Origin: Naegleria gruberi
Lineage: Eukaryota
Assembly (NCBI GenBank): GCA_000004985.1
Contig: GG738879.1
Strand: one strand, 5' to 3'
Length of the DNA: 64,000 nt
How positions within the stretch are numbered: the stretch's first letter is position 1; each line of letters begins with the position of its first letter. Positions 21,852 through 33,656 of the stretch are shown here, piece after piece. The position numbers and the translations under genes are program-made. Below the pieces are notes generated by a model. It was not told where the DNA came from and made no database searches. It saw only the letters and a program-made list of their open reading frames with translations.

Positions 21852-24800
21852 TTCTTAATAAATTTCTCAGCTTCAAGTTCAGCATCAACATTGTGAGTTT
21901 CAATAATAGGTATTGGTTGTTGGTTTTGCTTCATGTTATCGTCTCCTATTGGAATAACAATATCATACTTATCAATATCTCGTTTCATACTCTTAGACAT
22001 TTCTTCTAAAGAGATGTCCGTTTCGTTTGGAATAGGATGTTGGTAATGTTTCTCTTTGAGAATGTAGGTAGTAATTTGTCCTTTACCTTTGATTTCAACA
22101 CCTTTTCTCTCATCGAATTCAAAGATATCATAGACTCTTTCGTAGGTTTGTCTGGTTACTTGGATTTTACCTGGAATACCAGTTGATTCCATTTTAGATG
22201 CAAGAGTAACATTTTCACCCCACAAATCATAAGCAAATTTCAATGTACCAATACAACCAGCAATTACACTTCCTGTGTGTAACCCAATTCTAATATTTAA
22301 AGTTGTTTTCTTTTCTAGATTATACGCATAAATAACAGAATACATCTCCATAGCAAATCTTAATACTTTTTCTGGATGGTCTGATTGTTGAAGATGTAAA
22401 CCTCCAACACAAAAGTAAGCATCACCACTAAATTGTAATTCAGATTATTATCTAATTTTCAAGCAACTTACATTGTTTTAATTTTTTCGAGTCCAAATTT
22501 GCTAATACCTCTATCGAATCCGTTAATAATAGCATTCAACATTTGAATCAAATCAATAGCTGACATGCCTGATGACATTTTGGTAAAGTTAACCATATCA
22601 CTAAATAAGCAAGTGGTATCATCAATTTTTTCTGAAATGTAGGTTTCACCAGCTTTTAACTATTATTTTACAGTAAATGTTCAATAACAAAACTTACTCT
22701 TGCAGCTACTTGCTCAGGAAGAATATTCAAAAGTAAAGAATCACTCTTCTTCTTTTCTTCTTCAATTAACATATTATGTTTCTTCTCTGAAGTGATATCT
22801 TTGATAAACAAACTGATTAGGTTACTCTTTTCAAATGATGAGACACTCATGGATACTTGAGCAGGGAATGTTGTTCCATTCTTTCTTTTAGCTTCCACCT
22901 CAAAAGACTCTCCATAACTTCTTATGGCATTACCCATCGATGTTACTGTATCTCTTATCTTATTAGAGCTTGCATCTGTAAATAAAAGAGATGGTGGCTT
23001 TCCTAATATTTCATCAGCCTTATAACCCAACATATTCAAAGCACTTGGATTGATAATATCAACAAACCCTGTTTTGCTATTCAACACAACAGCTCCATCA
23101 ACAGCAGCATCTACAAAAAGTTTAGAACATGAGCAGGCTTGAAAACTTACCCAAAATAGCTTTTGTCTTTGAAAATTTCTCTCCTTTTGCAGCCTTCTTA
23201 CCATCAGAAAATGTAAAGTATAAAATATAGTTCCTAATCTCCTCGAATTGCTCCAAAACATCATATTGAATGAAATTAAACATCCTTCTTAATTGGTGGT
23301 TTTCATTATCGAATCTTTTGACTTGTAAATACTTTGTGTAAGTCAATATAAGTAATATTGCAACAGAAACGCTTGTTATTGCTGGACTGATAATTCTAGT
23401 AGGTGATTTGTAAGTGTCTACATATCCAGTAAGTACAGAATACATTTTGGAAGTGAATTCACTGGAAATGGCAAAAATTCCAATAAATCTTTCTACCAAA
23501 ACACTATTAATATATGTATGTCTGTATGCATCCTCATTGAATCTATCTGCTGATAAAGTATATGCATCCATGAGTTGATCCAATCCATAACAAGTGTAGT
23601 TTTCTGCAGTGCAGTTTTGGCTCAAAATCTTGATATCTAAAGAAGAAACTCCTGTTATGCCAGAAAATCCATTCTCAATTGTACCGTAACGATAATCTAA
23701 CCAGGCTTCCATCATCTGTTGTGAATGTTGAATTATTTCATCGTGGAATGATTTCATGCTAGTTTGTAATATTGAAGAGTCACCTAATAAAAGTTCTCCA
23801 AGTTTAAATTTAGCTCTTTGTGAAATTTGTAATACCTTTGTACCATGCTCTACCTTTAACATAGTGTTGAATGAAGTCTGCATCATGTCCAAGCACTCAT
23901 AAAGGAGTAAAGCACTTGCAATAGCAGTGAAGAGGAAAATAGCAATAATGAGTGCTGAAATTATTCTCTTAGGAGTGAAAATAGATTTTTGGATTTTCAC
24001 AATCTTATCCTCGGATTTTTGTTCCAAATGGTGAAATACTGTACCCACAATATCCTTAGGAAGCTTTGCAAAAAGCTTTGTTAATTTTTCCATATGAAGT
24101 AAGTGAATATAAGAGAAAATTGTGTAGACAATAATGAATAGCACGTATACCACAAACACACCAACAAGGGTAAAAATGAAAACATTCTTTTCCTGATTAA
24201 GAAAAGTGTCACTTCTTGCGATCAAAGTGCCACAAAAACTTTCCAGACCACCAGTAATGGCTATTCTGTTTAGCCATATATACAAGAACTCATAATTTTC
24301 ATAAATATTCATGTAATCATCAAGTTTCCAAGCATATAGCTTTGTAGCAATAGTGTGGAGCTCATTTGTAATATCAGATAAGGAAGTATTTTTAGGGGTT
24401 GATATAAGACTGGATACAGATCCTGTTTGTAGTACTGGAACAAGAACTATTTTGTCTGCATAAACAAACTGCTTCATACTCTCTACCTCAAATCTTTGTT
24501 CGTTCATAATATCTTTAACCTTTTGTGTAATTGTCACTATGCTCTTAACTCTTGCCTTGTGGTTTGCCCATTCTGATTTAAATCTATTGGTAGTGTTGGT
24601 TGGAGATAATATCTGAATGTACCTAATACCTGAAAGAATTAAGTAGGGAACAGGAGACACTTGGCAAAATTGATTTACAGTAGTAATACGGTCGCTATCA
24701 TCTGCAAGTCCCAGATTCAACCCTAAAACAATTGCAATAATAGCAATTGATATAAATCCCAATGATTGAAGGAAAATAAATTTCTTTTTGCTTTCGTTTG

Positions 24801-26839
24801 GCTTGTTGATGGCTGACCTGTATATAGTTTGTTTGTCTTTTTTGTAATCTCCATATTGACTAGCTGATTCCAAATTTTCCATATCGTTCTCATCTTGTTT
24901 TGGTTCTAAGTAATTTGGACCATCATCTACATAATTGACAGGTAACACCTTGTTGCCTGGTAAATTACGTTTCTTAAATTCTGACTTTGAGTCAGAGGAA
25001 AATCTTCGTTTCTTTGATTGTTCATCCTCCAAAATGTTTGCTTCAGCATAAAATTCATCTGCCAATTCAGCTTCAAAAAGGAATTCTTCTAAAAACTTTG
25101 CATAGCTTCTCAATACTTGGGCGTTATTATGGAAATTAACAAGTAAGTTATTGAACGTTGTACTTGAATTTTCCATGTATGTGTGCATCATTTTAACCAA
25201 ACTATATACCTTTTCCGAGTTTTCCTCATTAGACACAAAGTGTTTCCAGAATAGCTTTTGATATTGTCTTAATCTTTCCTGTTGTTTCTCCACAGTGTCA
25301 AGAATGTGTCTAAGTTCTAAAGAATTTTTTCCTGTTGAAATTGAAGCCTCTATTTCCTTAGTTCTTTGGTAAACAAGGTAACGTAATACAAGATTAGAGT
25401 TCTTTTTACCTGCCTTTGCAAGTAGGTGAAGGCAAAAGCTTGGTGAATATTGATCTCCCATCATTTTCTTAAATATATATAAAGATGAAATTATCAGAGT
25501 GTAGGTATCTAATTCTAATCTTTGATTTGTAGCAACCTTTATCAAGTTGGTTATTAACTCATCTTCTTTAGTTTTGATAGAGAATTTCAAATATAAGTTT
25601 AAAAATTTTGGATTGACTAATTCATTAACACTAGTTTGAACGGTGATATTCTCGTTCTTGAAATCAGTTAATCTTCTTCTGACATATCTCATAACTATCT
25701 GTGTATAAATTTCAACAATAGAAAATCCAATAAAGAAAAATATAATCACAGAGCCAAATCCAACACCAAAAAGATAACCCAAACCAACATCTTCACTTAC
25801 AGGATCATTCGCTACAATGGCCAGTATGCTGGATATTGCAGCACCTGCTTTAGATAAGTACAACCCACCAAAAATCGAATTCACAATTCTATAGTGAAAT
25901 GGTAAATCATAAATTAGAAAACCAAATATAAGGAGTGTGAAAAATAAAAAGAGTAAAGGTCTTGCAATAAATGCTTGGGGTGGTAATATTTGAGAAATGA
26001 TTAAGTGGATTTGGTTGATTACTACAGCAGAAGCAAATACAACAGGGCTGTCCATACTTAGCCAAGACTTACCCTCAACCCATGTGTCACACGATAGAAG
26101 TATTCCAAGAAATGTGAGAGGTAATTGTAATATCATAAATAAAAGTGATATGGCTGCAAAGGAACCATTTAAAGGACTCCAACAACCTATGGTAGGAAAC
26201 CTTCTTAGAGCATATTGAGCAACTCCATCCACTACTAGACCTTGTTTAGAATAATCACAAGCCCAAAAAGCGGTCAAGCAAAATACAAATCCAAGTCCGA
26301 ACACTCCAAAGAACATGCATATAGCTCTAATTGTATTCTTGATTTTTGATGAATGCTTACTTCCTCTATGAAGAGCTTTATAAGCATAGTAGATTGCAAC
26401 CAGAGCTATCAACTCTAACACAGCAAGTATTACAGCAACGGCAAGAAAGAGCTCATAAGGATACCAACTGGCACCTAATGTTCTTGGAACTGCAATAATC
26501 CTAACACCTAATTTTGCAGACTCACCCCAATTAAATTCTAAGATGGTTAATAAATACATTATTTCAGGAATACTTACCAGACTCCCAACCTAGAGCTATT
26601 GATTGCTCGACCAATACTATATTCAATAATATGAAAAGCCAATTTGGTAATGCTTTTGGCAATTTTATAGAAACTAGAAAGAAGAATAATGTATCTTCTA
26701 ATTTTCCAACAATACTACTACCCCGAGTGAGGGTTGTATTACTAGTTTTTGATCTACTAGAAGAGCCTTTTGAAAAAACCGACTCTCCATCATGTCCTAC
26801 GGGTGAATGATCACTAGAGTCTCGCATCGAGTAGGCCAT
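21848..26839 (-). CDS. Polytopic membrane sensor nucleotidyl cyclase: two multi-TM modules + PAS domain + class III adenylate/guanylate cyclase catalytic domain, about 1610 aa. Exons (minus strand) 26578-26839, 23151-26537, 22698-23110, 22472-22659, 21848-22427.
   Basis: Four GT-AG introns of 38-44 nt (GTAAGT donors) restore a continuous frame. Exon 1 has one TM. Exon 2 has about 8 TM, a long coiled cytoplasmic region, then further TM segments flanking two Cys-containing loops. Exon 3 is a PAS fold (DAAVDGAVVLNSKTGFVDIINPSALNMLGY...). Exons 4-5 give the cyclase motifs FSDMVNFTKMSS...LNAIINGFD...KIKTIGDAYFCVGGLH...GLHTGSVIAGCIG...LWGENVTLASKMESTG. AC versus GC specificity is not determinable by eye. 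Confidence 0.85.
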
Positions 26840-27135
26840 TTGTTATAAATTGTAGTGATATTATCCTATTGTTAATGTTGTGTATTTTTCTTGTAGTTAA
26901 AATTGGCGGTATAAAAAATAACTGTTTTTAGGTTGGCTTTTTTTGGGTGAATTTAAGTGAGTAGATTTATAGCGTATAAATCGGGTTATTGAGTTCTTCA
27001 TTAACTTCGCACTGTATTTTGTCCTACTTACATGAGCCTTAGAATTGGTATCATTAACAGTACTCCAATATTAAATTACAACAAAATATTCATGGTACTG
27101 TTAATAACGCAAATTATTATCATCAAAATTAAAAA

Positions 27136-27960
27136 ATGATGCGCTTCAGAGCAAGTGTAAAGTTATTGAATAGGTTTGTTAGTGATTACACAAGCACAAA
27201 ATACCTTTCGGAAGAAACTGAACTTCTATGCAAAATAGTTGCCAATTCAACTTTAGGAAATTATAAGAAATTAGAAAATGATTGGAAATTAATTCAACAA
27301 CATCCAACAAAGAGCAGAATGTTATCCATGATGGCCATAGAATTAATTTCAATGAATTTTTGTTTTGTTGGATTTCCAAAAGTTTTAAATTCCTTGTCAA
27401 CTTTAAAATCCATCTCTACTAAATCACATGACAATCAAAAGCCATTTTTTACCGAAGATGAATGGCTTGAATTGACTAAATTATCGGATTCTGATTCTTT
27501 CCATCAAGATAGAATTAAGAGACAACATTTAGGAGAACAAACAATGAAGAAAATTTATGGAGAATCAAATTATTCAAAGTTAGCTGCAAAGTTTAAAACA
27601 CTTCATCCATTAGTCAACCAAAATATTCACATGAATGCTTATGGAATGGTATTACAAGATAGAAGTCATGTTTTTCTTGCAATGAGAGAGCTTTCCTCGG
27701 TTGTGAGTTTGTGTTATTTTGTAGATACATGTGGCCCTCAATTAGTTGCTCATATGAAAGGTTTTACCAGAGTGTACGATGAAAAGGAATTAGGATATTC
27801 CATCCCACTAATGAATCCTCATGTTATTGAAACAGAAAGTCGTGCCAAGTTGTGTTTGAAAGGAGTTTTCGAATTGACCAGTGAAATGTATGGCCTTAAA
27901 GAACCTTTGAATGAAATGTGGCAATCTCTAGAAACCTCAAATAAGAAATATACTCTCTAG
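27136..27960 (+). CDS. Hypothetical protein (274 aa) with basic, presequence-like N-terminus
   Basis: Uninterrupted ORF. N-terminal MMRFRASVKLLNRFV resembles a mitochondrial targeting peptide. No family recognised. Confidence 0.5.
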   Translation: MMRFRASVKLLNRFVSDYTSTKYLSEETELLCKIVANSTLGNYKKLENDWKLIQQHPTKSRMLSMMAIELISMNFCFVGFPKVLNSLSTLKSISTKSHDNQKPFFTEDEWLELTKLSDSDSFHQDRIKRQHLGEQTMKKIYGESNYSKLAAKFKTLHPLVNQNIHMNAYGMVLQDRSHVFLAMRELSSVVSLCYFVDTCGPQLVAHMKGFTRVYDEKELGYSIPLMNPHVIETESRAKLCLKGVFELTSEMYGLKEPLNEMWQSLETSNKKYTL

Positions 27961-28236
27961 TGAACTGATCGCCATCCTCCTTATTGACCTCCTTACTCTA
28001 TTCCTTCCGTAATACACATACAGTATTGTCTAGTGATAAACCTTATCGTCGTCAACACACTTACCATTCCAAAAGGAATATGATTTTTGGTCACCTCCAA
28101 AAGAAAGCTACTTTCCAATTGGGTTCTTTGTTCTATTTTAAGATTCTAAATTGTGATTCAAATAGAGGCAACATTCCAATCTCAATCAAAAAACAACACG
28201 AAAAAATATTTCAACCGATAAACAATAACAACAATA

Positions 28237-29247
28237 ATGGAACAACAAGCTGAAGAACAAGTGATAATTAAATTATATCTTTCCAAAGAACATATTAGAA
28301 GATTTACAATTCCAAAGATCGCATCTTATGAAGATTTAAAGAGTAGAATTATTCAATTCTATGATGAAGTTGGTCAGACAATTAACCCATCCGAAGATTT
28401 AGATTTACAATATTGTGACGATGATAATGAATGGACTGTGTTGAGAAATGAAGATGATTGGTATTGTTGTAAGGCAATTTGTCCAACAAATATTAAAATC
28501 AGAAAGCCTTCAATGTGGATGAAAGCACAATTTACTTACAAGTCAGGGCAACAAGCTGTTATTCAATCTTTCAACAAGGAAAAGAAATATTTGGTAGAAA
28601 AGAGCAAGCAAATCTTCTCTCAAGTTAATGAAGAATTCCAAAAATTGAGTTCAAATCAAGAAGTTAAAAAGCTTGAAAGTACTATGTCACATGCTGTTAA
28701 TGACTTTATTGAAACTGTCACACCATTATTACAAACAGCCACAAATACCACTTGTGAATTCATTTCATCAGTTGAAAACTCACTGAAAACTAGTGCTTCC
28801 TCAAGTGAACCTCAATTGATCAGAACTGATGATGTAGTTGAGGAACCAATTGATGAAGAAGAAGAGCAATTAATTGCTCAACAAACTGTACAACCAACCG
28901 TTCAAGGTGATACTATGGAAAAATCAGGATATGTCTGGGTTTTAGCTGATAATGAAAAGACTCAAGTCGTTGCTCAACAACAAGCTGAACCTGTTGTTGA
29001 AACACCAGTTGTTGAAGAACCTGCTGTTATTGAAACACCAGAAGTTGTTGAACCAGTTGCTGAAGAACAACCTGCTGCTGTTGTTGAAACTATTCCTGAA
29101 CCAGTTGTTGAAACACCAGTTCAATTCGCTGAACAAATGAAGATGTTAAGCTTAATGGGTTTCACTGATGTCCAAAAGAATATTGAATTATTGACCAAAC
29201 ACAATGGAAACCTTTCACTCGTTGTTGATGCCTTATTAGCTATGTAA
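28237..29247 (+). CDS. PB1-domain / UBA-domain protein (p62/NBR1-like selective-autophagy receptor candidate) with acidic PEV-rich repeats
   Basis: N-terminal PB1-like fold (VIIKLYLSKEHIRRFTIP...DLDLQYCDDDNEW). C-terminal UBA (FAEQMKMLSLMGFTDVQKNIELLTKHNGNLSLVVDALLAM). Repeats VVETPVVEEPAVIETPEVVEP. Possible LIR-like SGYVWVL. Confidence 0.65.
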   Translation: MEQQAEEQVIIKLYLSKEHIRRFTIPKIASYEDLKSRIIQFYDEVGQTINPSEDLDLQYCDDDNEWTVLRNEDDWYCCKAICPTNIKIRKPSMWMKAQFTYKSGQQAVIQSFNKEKKYLVEKSKQIFSQVNEEFQKLSSNQEVKKLESTMSHAVNDFIETVTPLLQTATNTTCEFISSVENSLKTSASSSEPQLIRTDDVVEEPIDEEEEQLIAQQTVQPTVQGDTMEKSGYVWVLADNEKTQVVAQQQAEPVVETPVVEEPAVIETPEVVEPVAEEQPAAVVETIPEPVVETPVQFAEQMKMLSLMGFTDVQKNIELLTKHNGNLSLVVDALLAM

Positions 29248-29274
29248 ATATTCGTGTAAAAAAACAATAAATAT

Positions 29275-32200
29275 TTATTCAATTAAATCAAATACACTTT
29301 GAACAACCTCTGCATGTCTTTCAGAGAATGTGTTGATTAAGAACATGATAAGCTTCTTTTGCAAGTCTGGAGTTAATTTCGATTTTCTATCCTTATTATT
29401 ATTAATAATTTTGTATAAAATAGAGTCACGAATCATATTTTCCTCATTTCCAGAATTAGCCTCCTTGATGAGATGGAGGAGTTGAACTGAAACATAGAAT
29501 GATGATGTGTAAATATTGAGAAGAATATCTAGTTTGGTTTGTTCCTCGACTTCTGTTTCCTTTTCATAGAAATCACAATAAATATCTGTTGCAATCAAAA
29601 GTCTATCCAATAACTTTTGTTGATTTTCCATAATTACCCTATTATCTGATGGAATACCTTTGTAGATAGAAATTAATAAATCAACAGCACCCTTATAGCT
29701 CTCATTTGCCCAATTTTGGTTTGGTTCCTCAATAGCAAGATCAGTTGCAAGTTGGGCTTGATAGTATGTTAGTTTGAGGAAATAAGAGGCAGAATTTGCT
29801 GTGTTAAAATTATTGTTAGCAACGGATGCAAGTTTCAACAGAGATAATCTGTTTCTGGTGGTTCCAAGCTCTCCTAATGGAAGGATGTTTTGTGAGTAGT
29901 CATCTGACAAATCAGCCAAAGAGGATTCAACTTCACCCAAGTTTCCAACTTGGATATAGTGCAACCATTTGAGGTTGGAGTTTGGTTCAATAACTGAGGC
30001 CATTTGTTCTCCACATCTGAAACTCCAATTGTTTGCCAATAACTCGTGATACTTTTTAGAATCTCTAAGATATGTTAATAGATATGTTGCAAAGTCTTTG
30101 TATCTCTTTACATAATGAGAATATTTAACAGTTCTTTCCTTTTCAGTTGGATAGTTCTCCTCTGCTATTTGTATCAAGTGTTTGAAATCTCTATATTTTT
30201 CTGCTAAGGTTAAGGCAAAAGTCTTTGGTGAAATTTCTCCAACATCCTTCATCTTTCTGAATGTACCAATTATTAAATCTCTTTTAGCCTCAAAATTGAA
30301 TGTCTGGAAATGAGAAACCTCTTTTTCTTTCATGGTTTGAAGAATTGAAAATGTAAAATCTGCTATTTCATACATTTGGTTGAGTATTTGAGGGACTGAT
30401 TTACTTTCTGAAGCGCTAAGATTACTGGCTGATCTTTCAAATTGTTCAAAAAATCTTGTAATAAGGAGACCTGGCTTATCAATTGTCCACGTACTTCCAC
30501 ATTCTTTAATATTGGTACCAAATCTATTCAATACCTTCCTAAATTCAAGTATCCCTTCTGAAAAGCATAAAAAGACTTGATTTACAAGAGATAATGTGTT
30601 ATAAGTGGTTTGACTAGAAATAATCTTTTCAGATTGAATTTGATAAATCAAACTTTCAACTCTTGAAACAAGAATGTAGAAATTTTCAACATTACATTGC
30701 GATTTGGTAAAATTAGCCTCTTCACAGCATAAGTTCATAGCTTGAATAATCAAATCTTGAGATGATTTTGATCCAAGTTGATTTTGTAACTCTCTTAACT
30801 TGATGCAAACAAAGAGCTTTTCACCATTTTGTAAAATTATTCTTAAATCCTCTTCTGAAAGGTTTTCAATAATTTGGTAGTCAACTAGGTATTGTAAGAA
30901 GTCCATATATTCATCCATCTTTTTTTGCAATGATCTTAAAATCAAAATAGATAGTTTGTCGTAATAAATCATTTCAGCATCAATAATCAAACTACCGGAT
31001 GTTGGAATGCTATCTACCAACATTTGACTAGCTCTAACAATAGATGGTCCAAAAACAGAGGAGCGAATGAAATTTAAAGAGCTGATTTTCTCACGTTTTC
31101 TAAAATTGCTTAAAACCTTATTAGCAAGAGTAGTTTCTGCTTCTTTTGGATCAGAATCCGATTCTTGATCCATGGATTGATCTACACAGTTTGATGCCAG
31201 ACTCATACTATCTTCCAATTTAACAATCCTCAGTGCCTTGAAATTTCCTGATTTATCAATTAAGCAACCATCCAAACCATCAATCATAATATCTCCTAGA
31301 GAAATAATACCATTGTAATCACATTGTGTAATAATTTTGTTGTCTTCAATTACAGTAATACTATTCAAAGTATGTACATAAAGTCTATTGCAACTCTTCA
31401 TAATTTGACATTTGGAATAGAATTTAGAGTTGATTTCACTAAAATCACACTTATCTAAGCGGATAGGTGATTCTACAACAATATTGTCGTTAATTTGGAT
31501 TGGCCATAAAAGATATTCGATAGTTGAACTACTTCTGGCAGTATCAAGTGGTTCTGGAACCATACATGTTAAAAGATAAATCTGTTCAGTTTGTTCATCA
31601 AAATTAAAATCTAACAGTCTCAATGAATAGTTTCTTATCATGTTCAAGCTTTGTAACTCATGAGAAATGTCCTTTCTCCAACAAAGATCCTTTCCTTGCT
31701 CTGTATATTTCGAGATACATTTCTCTGTTAAGATAAGCAAATCAGTCTTTGAAGATTGAATAGATAGTAATGATTCTGGTTCAAAATACTTAATAGTTGT
31801 TGGTTTAGTCCAAGAGGTGAACCAGCTAAACAAACCCTCATTAGAAACTGAAGAGGTATTTTGATTTCCGTAAACTTTCTTTTCCTTAATTAGGTTGACA
31901 GCTCCATTTGATAGTAATTCAATTTCAATGAAATGTCCACATTCAGTACCAATATAAATATTATTGTTTGAACTTAAACTATTCACAATGCAATTAATAT
32001 TTAATTTTCCATCCGAACTGAATGATGTAAAATCTAAAATATTTCCAATTTCATATTTAAATCTTGAGTCGTCATTATTCAAACTCAGATCATACCAATA
32101 TTTAAATTTTCCTTGAGCAGAGCAAGTGAAAATAGAAAAGTGGTCATCACTGCTTCCTAAAATAGTAACAAAATATTTGTCTGACTCGGAAAGTGGAACA

Positions 32201-32481
32201 TTCTCCAAGCATAAAACAGGAGAGTTTTCAGATTCCAACAAAAACTTTTTTACATTCCAAACATAAAGCTTATCACCATCCAATACCCAAGTAATTCCAC
32301 TATGATGAATACCAGCATTGGTGATGTCATTTCTAATGTGAGCAGGAAATGGGTAAGCCATTATTGTTTTGGCATCATACAAAAATTGATTATCTACTGC
32401 GGAAGACTCTAAAGAATTTAATTTTGTCTTCTTCATCAAGGATTCATCTGATGATGGAAGACCTTGTTGATAGCGTTTCAT
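29275..32481 (-). CDS. Large beta-propeller + alpha-solenoid protein (1068 aa), possibly a Nup133-like nucleoporin
   Basis: Intronless ORF. N-terminal half beta-rich with WD-like repeats, C-terminal half helical. The architecture fits scaffold nucleoporins, but no motif is decisive. Confidence 0.4.
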   Translation of the reverse strand: MKRYQQGLPSSDESLMKKTKLNSLESSAVDNQFLYDAKTIMAYPFPAHIRNDITNAGIHHSGITWVLDGDKLYVWNVKKFLLESENSPVLCLENVPLSESDKYFVTILGSSDDHFSIFTCSAQGKFKYWYDLSLNNDDSRFKYEIGNILDFTSFSSDGKLNINCIVNSLSSNNNIYIGTECGHFIEIELLSNGAVNLIKEKKVYGNQNTSSVSNEGLFSWFTSWTKPTTIKYFEPESLLSIQSSKTDLLILTEKCISKYTEQGKDLCWRKDISHELQSLNMIRNYSLRLLDFNFDEQTEQIYLLTCMVPEPLDTARSSSTIEYLLWPIQINDNIVVESPIRLDKCDFSEINSKFYSKCQIMKSCNRLYVHTLNSITVIEDNKIITQCDYNGIISLGDIMIDGLDGCLIDKSGNFKALRIVKLEDSMSLASNCVDQSMDQESDSDPKEAETTLANKVLSNFRKREKISSLNFIRSSVFGPSIVRASQMLVDSIPTSGSLIIDAEMIYYDKLSILILRSLQKKMDEYMDFLQYLVDYQIIENLSEEDLRIILQNGEKLFVCIKLRELQNQLGSKSSQDLIIQAMNLCCEEANFTKSQCNVENFYILVSRVESLIYQIQSEKIISSQTTYNTLSLVNQVFLCFSEGILEFRKVLNRFGTNIKECGSTWTIDKPGLLITRFFEQFERSASNLSASESKSVPQILNQMYEIADFTFSILQTMKEKEVSHFQTFNFEAKRDLIIGTFRKMKDVGEISPKTFALTLAEKYRDFKHLIQIAEENYPTEKERTVKYSHYVKRYKDFATYLLTYLRDSKKYHELLANNWSFRCGEQMASVIEPNSNLKWLHYIQVGNLGEVESSLADLSDDYSQNILPLGELGTTRNRLSLLKLASVANNNFNTANSASYFLKLTYYQAQLATDLAIEEPNQNWANESYKGAVDLLISIYKGIPSDNRVIMENQQKLLDRLLIATDIYCDFYEKETEVEEQTKLDILLNIYTSSFYVSVQLLHLIKEANSGNEENMIRDSILYKIINNNKDRKSKLTPDLQKKLIMFLINTFSERHAEVVQSVFDLIE

Positions 32482-32532
32482 TTTTATTCTTCAAAAAAAC
32501 AATTTTTTAAAAGAACAACAACAAACAATACG

Positions 32533-33000
32533 ATGAAGACTGATGCCATTGTTTTACTCTATAGGAAAATGTTGAAGCAATCTATATTGCTACCAACTGT
32601 GGAAAAGAGAGTAAATGCTATCAATGAAATTCGTTCAACATTCCGAAAATTTAAAAACGAAACAAACCAAGAAATTATTCAACAACAACTCAAGAAGGCT
32701 CATGATAAATTTGGTTATCTGTGCATGATAACACCAAAGAGATTACATACTGAAACCTCTCAAATTGATGGTAAAACGCAATTAGTAAAAATTGATGGTG
32801 AATGGAAGGATGTCAATGCTATTGGTGAAGATGATAATTTAACAAAGGAAGAAAAAGCAACATGGAGCAATTGGGGAAGAGGAAATTTAGATCCAGACCA
32901 AGTTAGAAAACATGAACAATTGTTGAAAAGACAACACTTTATGGATGGTCCAATGAAAGGCTATAAACCAATCTATGAAAGAAATTGGATGAACGATTAA
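32533..33000 (+). CDS. LYR-motif (Complex1_LYR-like) protein, probably mitochondrial
   Basis: AIVLLYRKMLKQ...IRSTFRKFK matches the L-Y-R...F signature. The ORF-track start at 32464 overlaps the upstream divergent gene; 32533 is the more likely start. Confidence 0.45.
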   Translation: MKTDAIVLLYRKMLKQSILLPTVEKRVNAINEIRSTFRKFKNETNQEIIQQQLKKAHDKFGYLCMITPKRLHTETSQIDGKTQLVKIDGEWKDVNAIGEDDNLTKEEKATWSNWGRGNLDPDQVRKHEQLLKRQHFMDGPMKGYKPIYERNWMND

Positions 33001-33164
33001 TTTGATGAAAAATAGAAAATCTCTAAATTATGGATTAAAATTGAAATTAAATGTTGGATGTAATACTATTCTATTAGTATTGCACTCATAAAAAACAGAG
33101 AGAGACTTATCCCGACAATAAAAGGCCAATATTTGTTAATTGATTATTAAATAAATTTAAAAAA

Positions 33165-33422
33165 ATGGAAAAGAATCGTAGAGAAGAATATGAGCTTACT
33201 TTAGATCCAAAGGAAATTGATGAAATGTCTCCTGAGGACTTGAAGAATAGAGTGCCAAACCAAGCCGATGAAGCTCTTAAACTTAGATTAAAAAAGTACG
33301 GAATGAAACATTGCAAAGTTGAAACCAAGAATTTTGCTGATTGTTCAAAGGATAAATTAATTTCTATTGCTTTAAAATGTAAAGATGAAATGCAAGCATT
33401 AACGGATTGTATTACTATTTAG
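33165..33422 (+). CDS. Twin Cx9C (CHCH) protein, mitochondrial intermembrane-space type (Cmc/COX19-like)
   Basis: 85 aa. CKVETKNFADC and CKDEMQALTDC are two exact Cx9C motifs 11 residues apart. Confidence 0.6.
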   Translation: MEKNRREEYELTLDPKEIDEMSPEDLKNRVPNQADEALKLRLKKYGMKHCKVETKNFADCSKDKLISIALKCKDEMQALTDCITI

Positions 33423-33476
33423 TAGGTTTATTAATATTTACTATTTACCTATATTGATAGTTTAAATGAGGATAAC

Positions 33477-33614
33477 ATGAACAAAATGAGAAGAGCCTAC
33501 TTGAAGGGAGAATTGGTTAGAAAACACAATTATACTGATTTGAAATCCGAATTAAATAGAAGAGTGGAAGAAAGAATGAAACAACTCTCTGAACAAAAAC
33601 AATCAAATCAATAA
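33477..33614 (+). CDS. Small basic coiled-coil ORF (45 aa), unassigned
   Basis: ATG-initiated MNKMRRAYLKGELVRKHNYTDLKSELNRRVEERMKQLSEQKQSNQ. Not in the ORF track because of length. Coding status speculative. Confidence 0.25.
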   Translation: MNKMRRAYLKGELVRKHNYTDLKSELNRRVEERMKQLSEQKQSNQ

Positions 33615-33656
33615 TATCAAATTATTTAAATAATAATAATTGAAAAGGAATAAAAA

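Noticed and set aside
28942-29140. Overlapping plus and minus ORFs translating to NNLLLL/FNNW repeats
   Set aside because: These are alternative frames of the GAA/GTT-rich PEV-repeat coding region of the PB1-UBA gene, and so artefacts of the repetitive codons.
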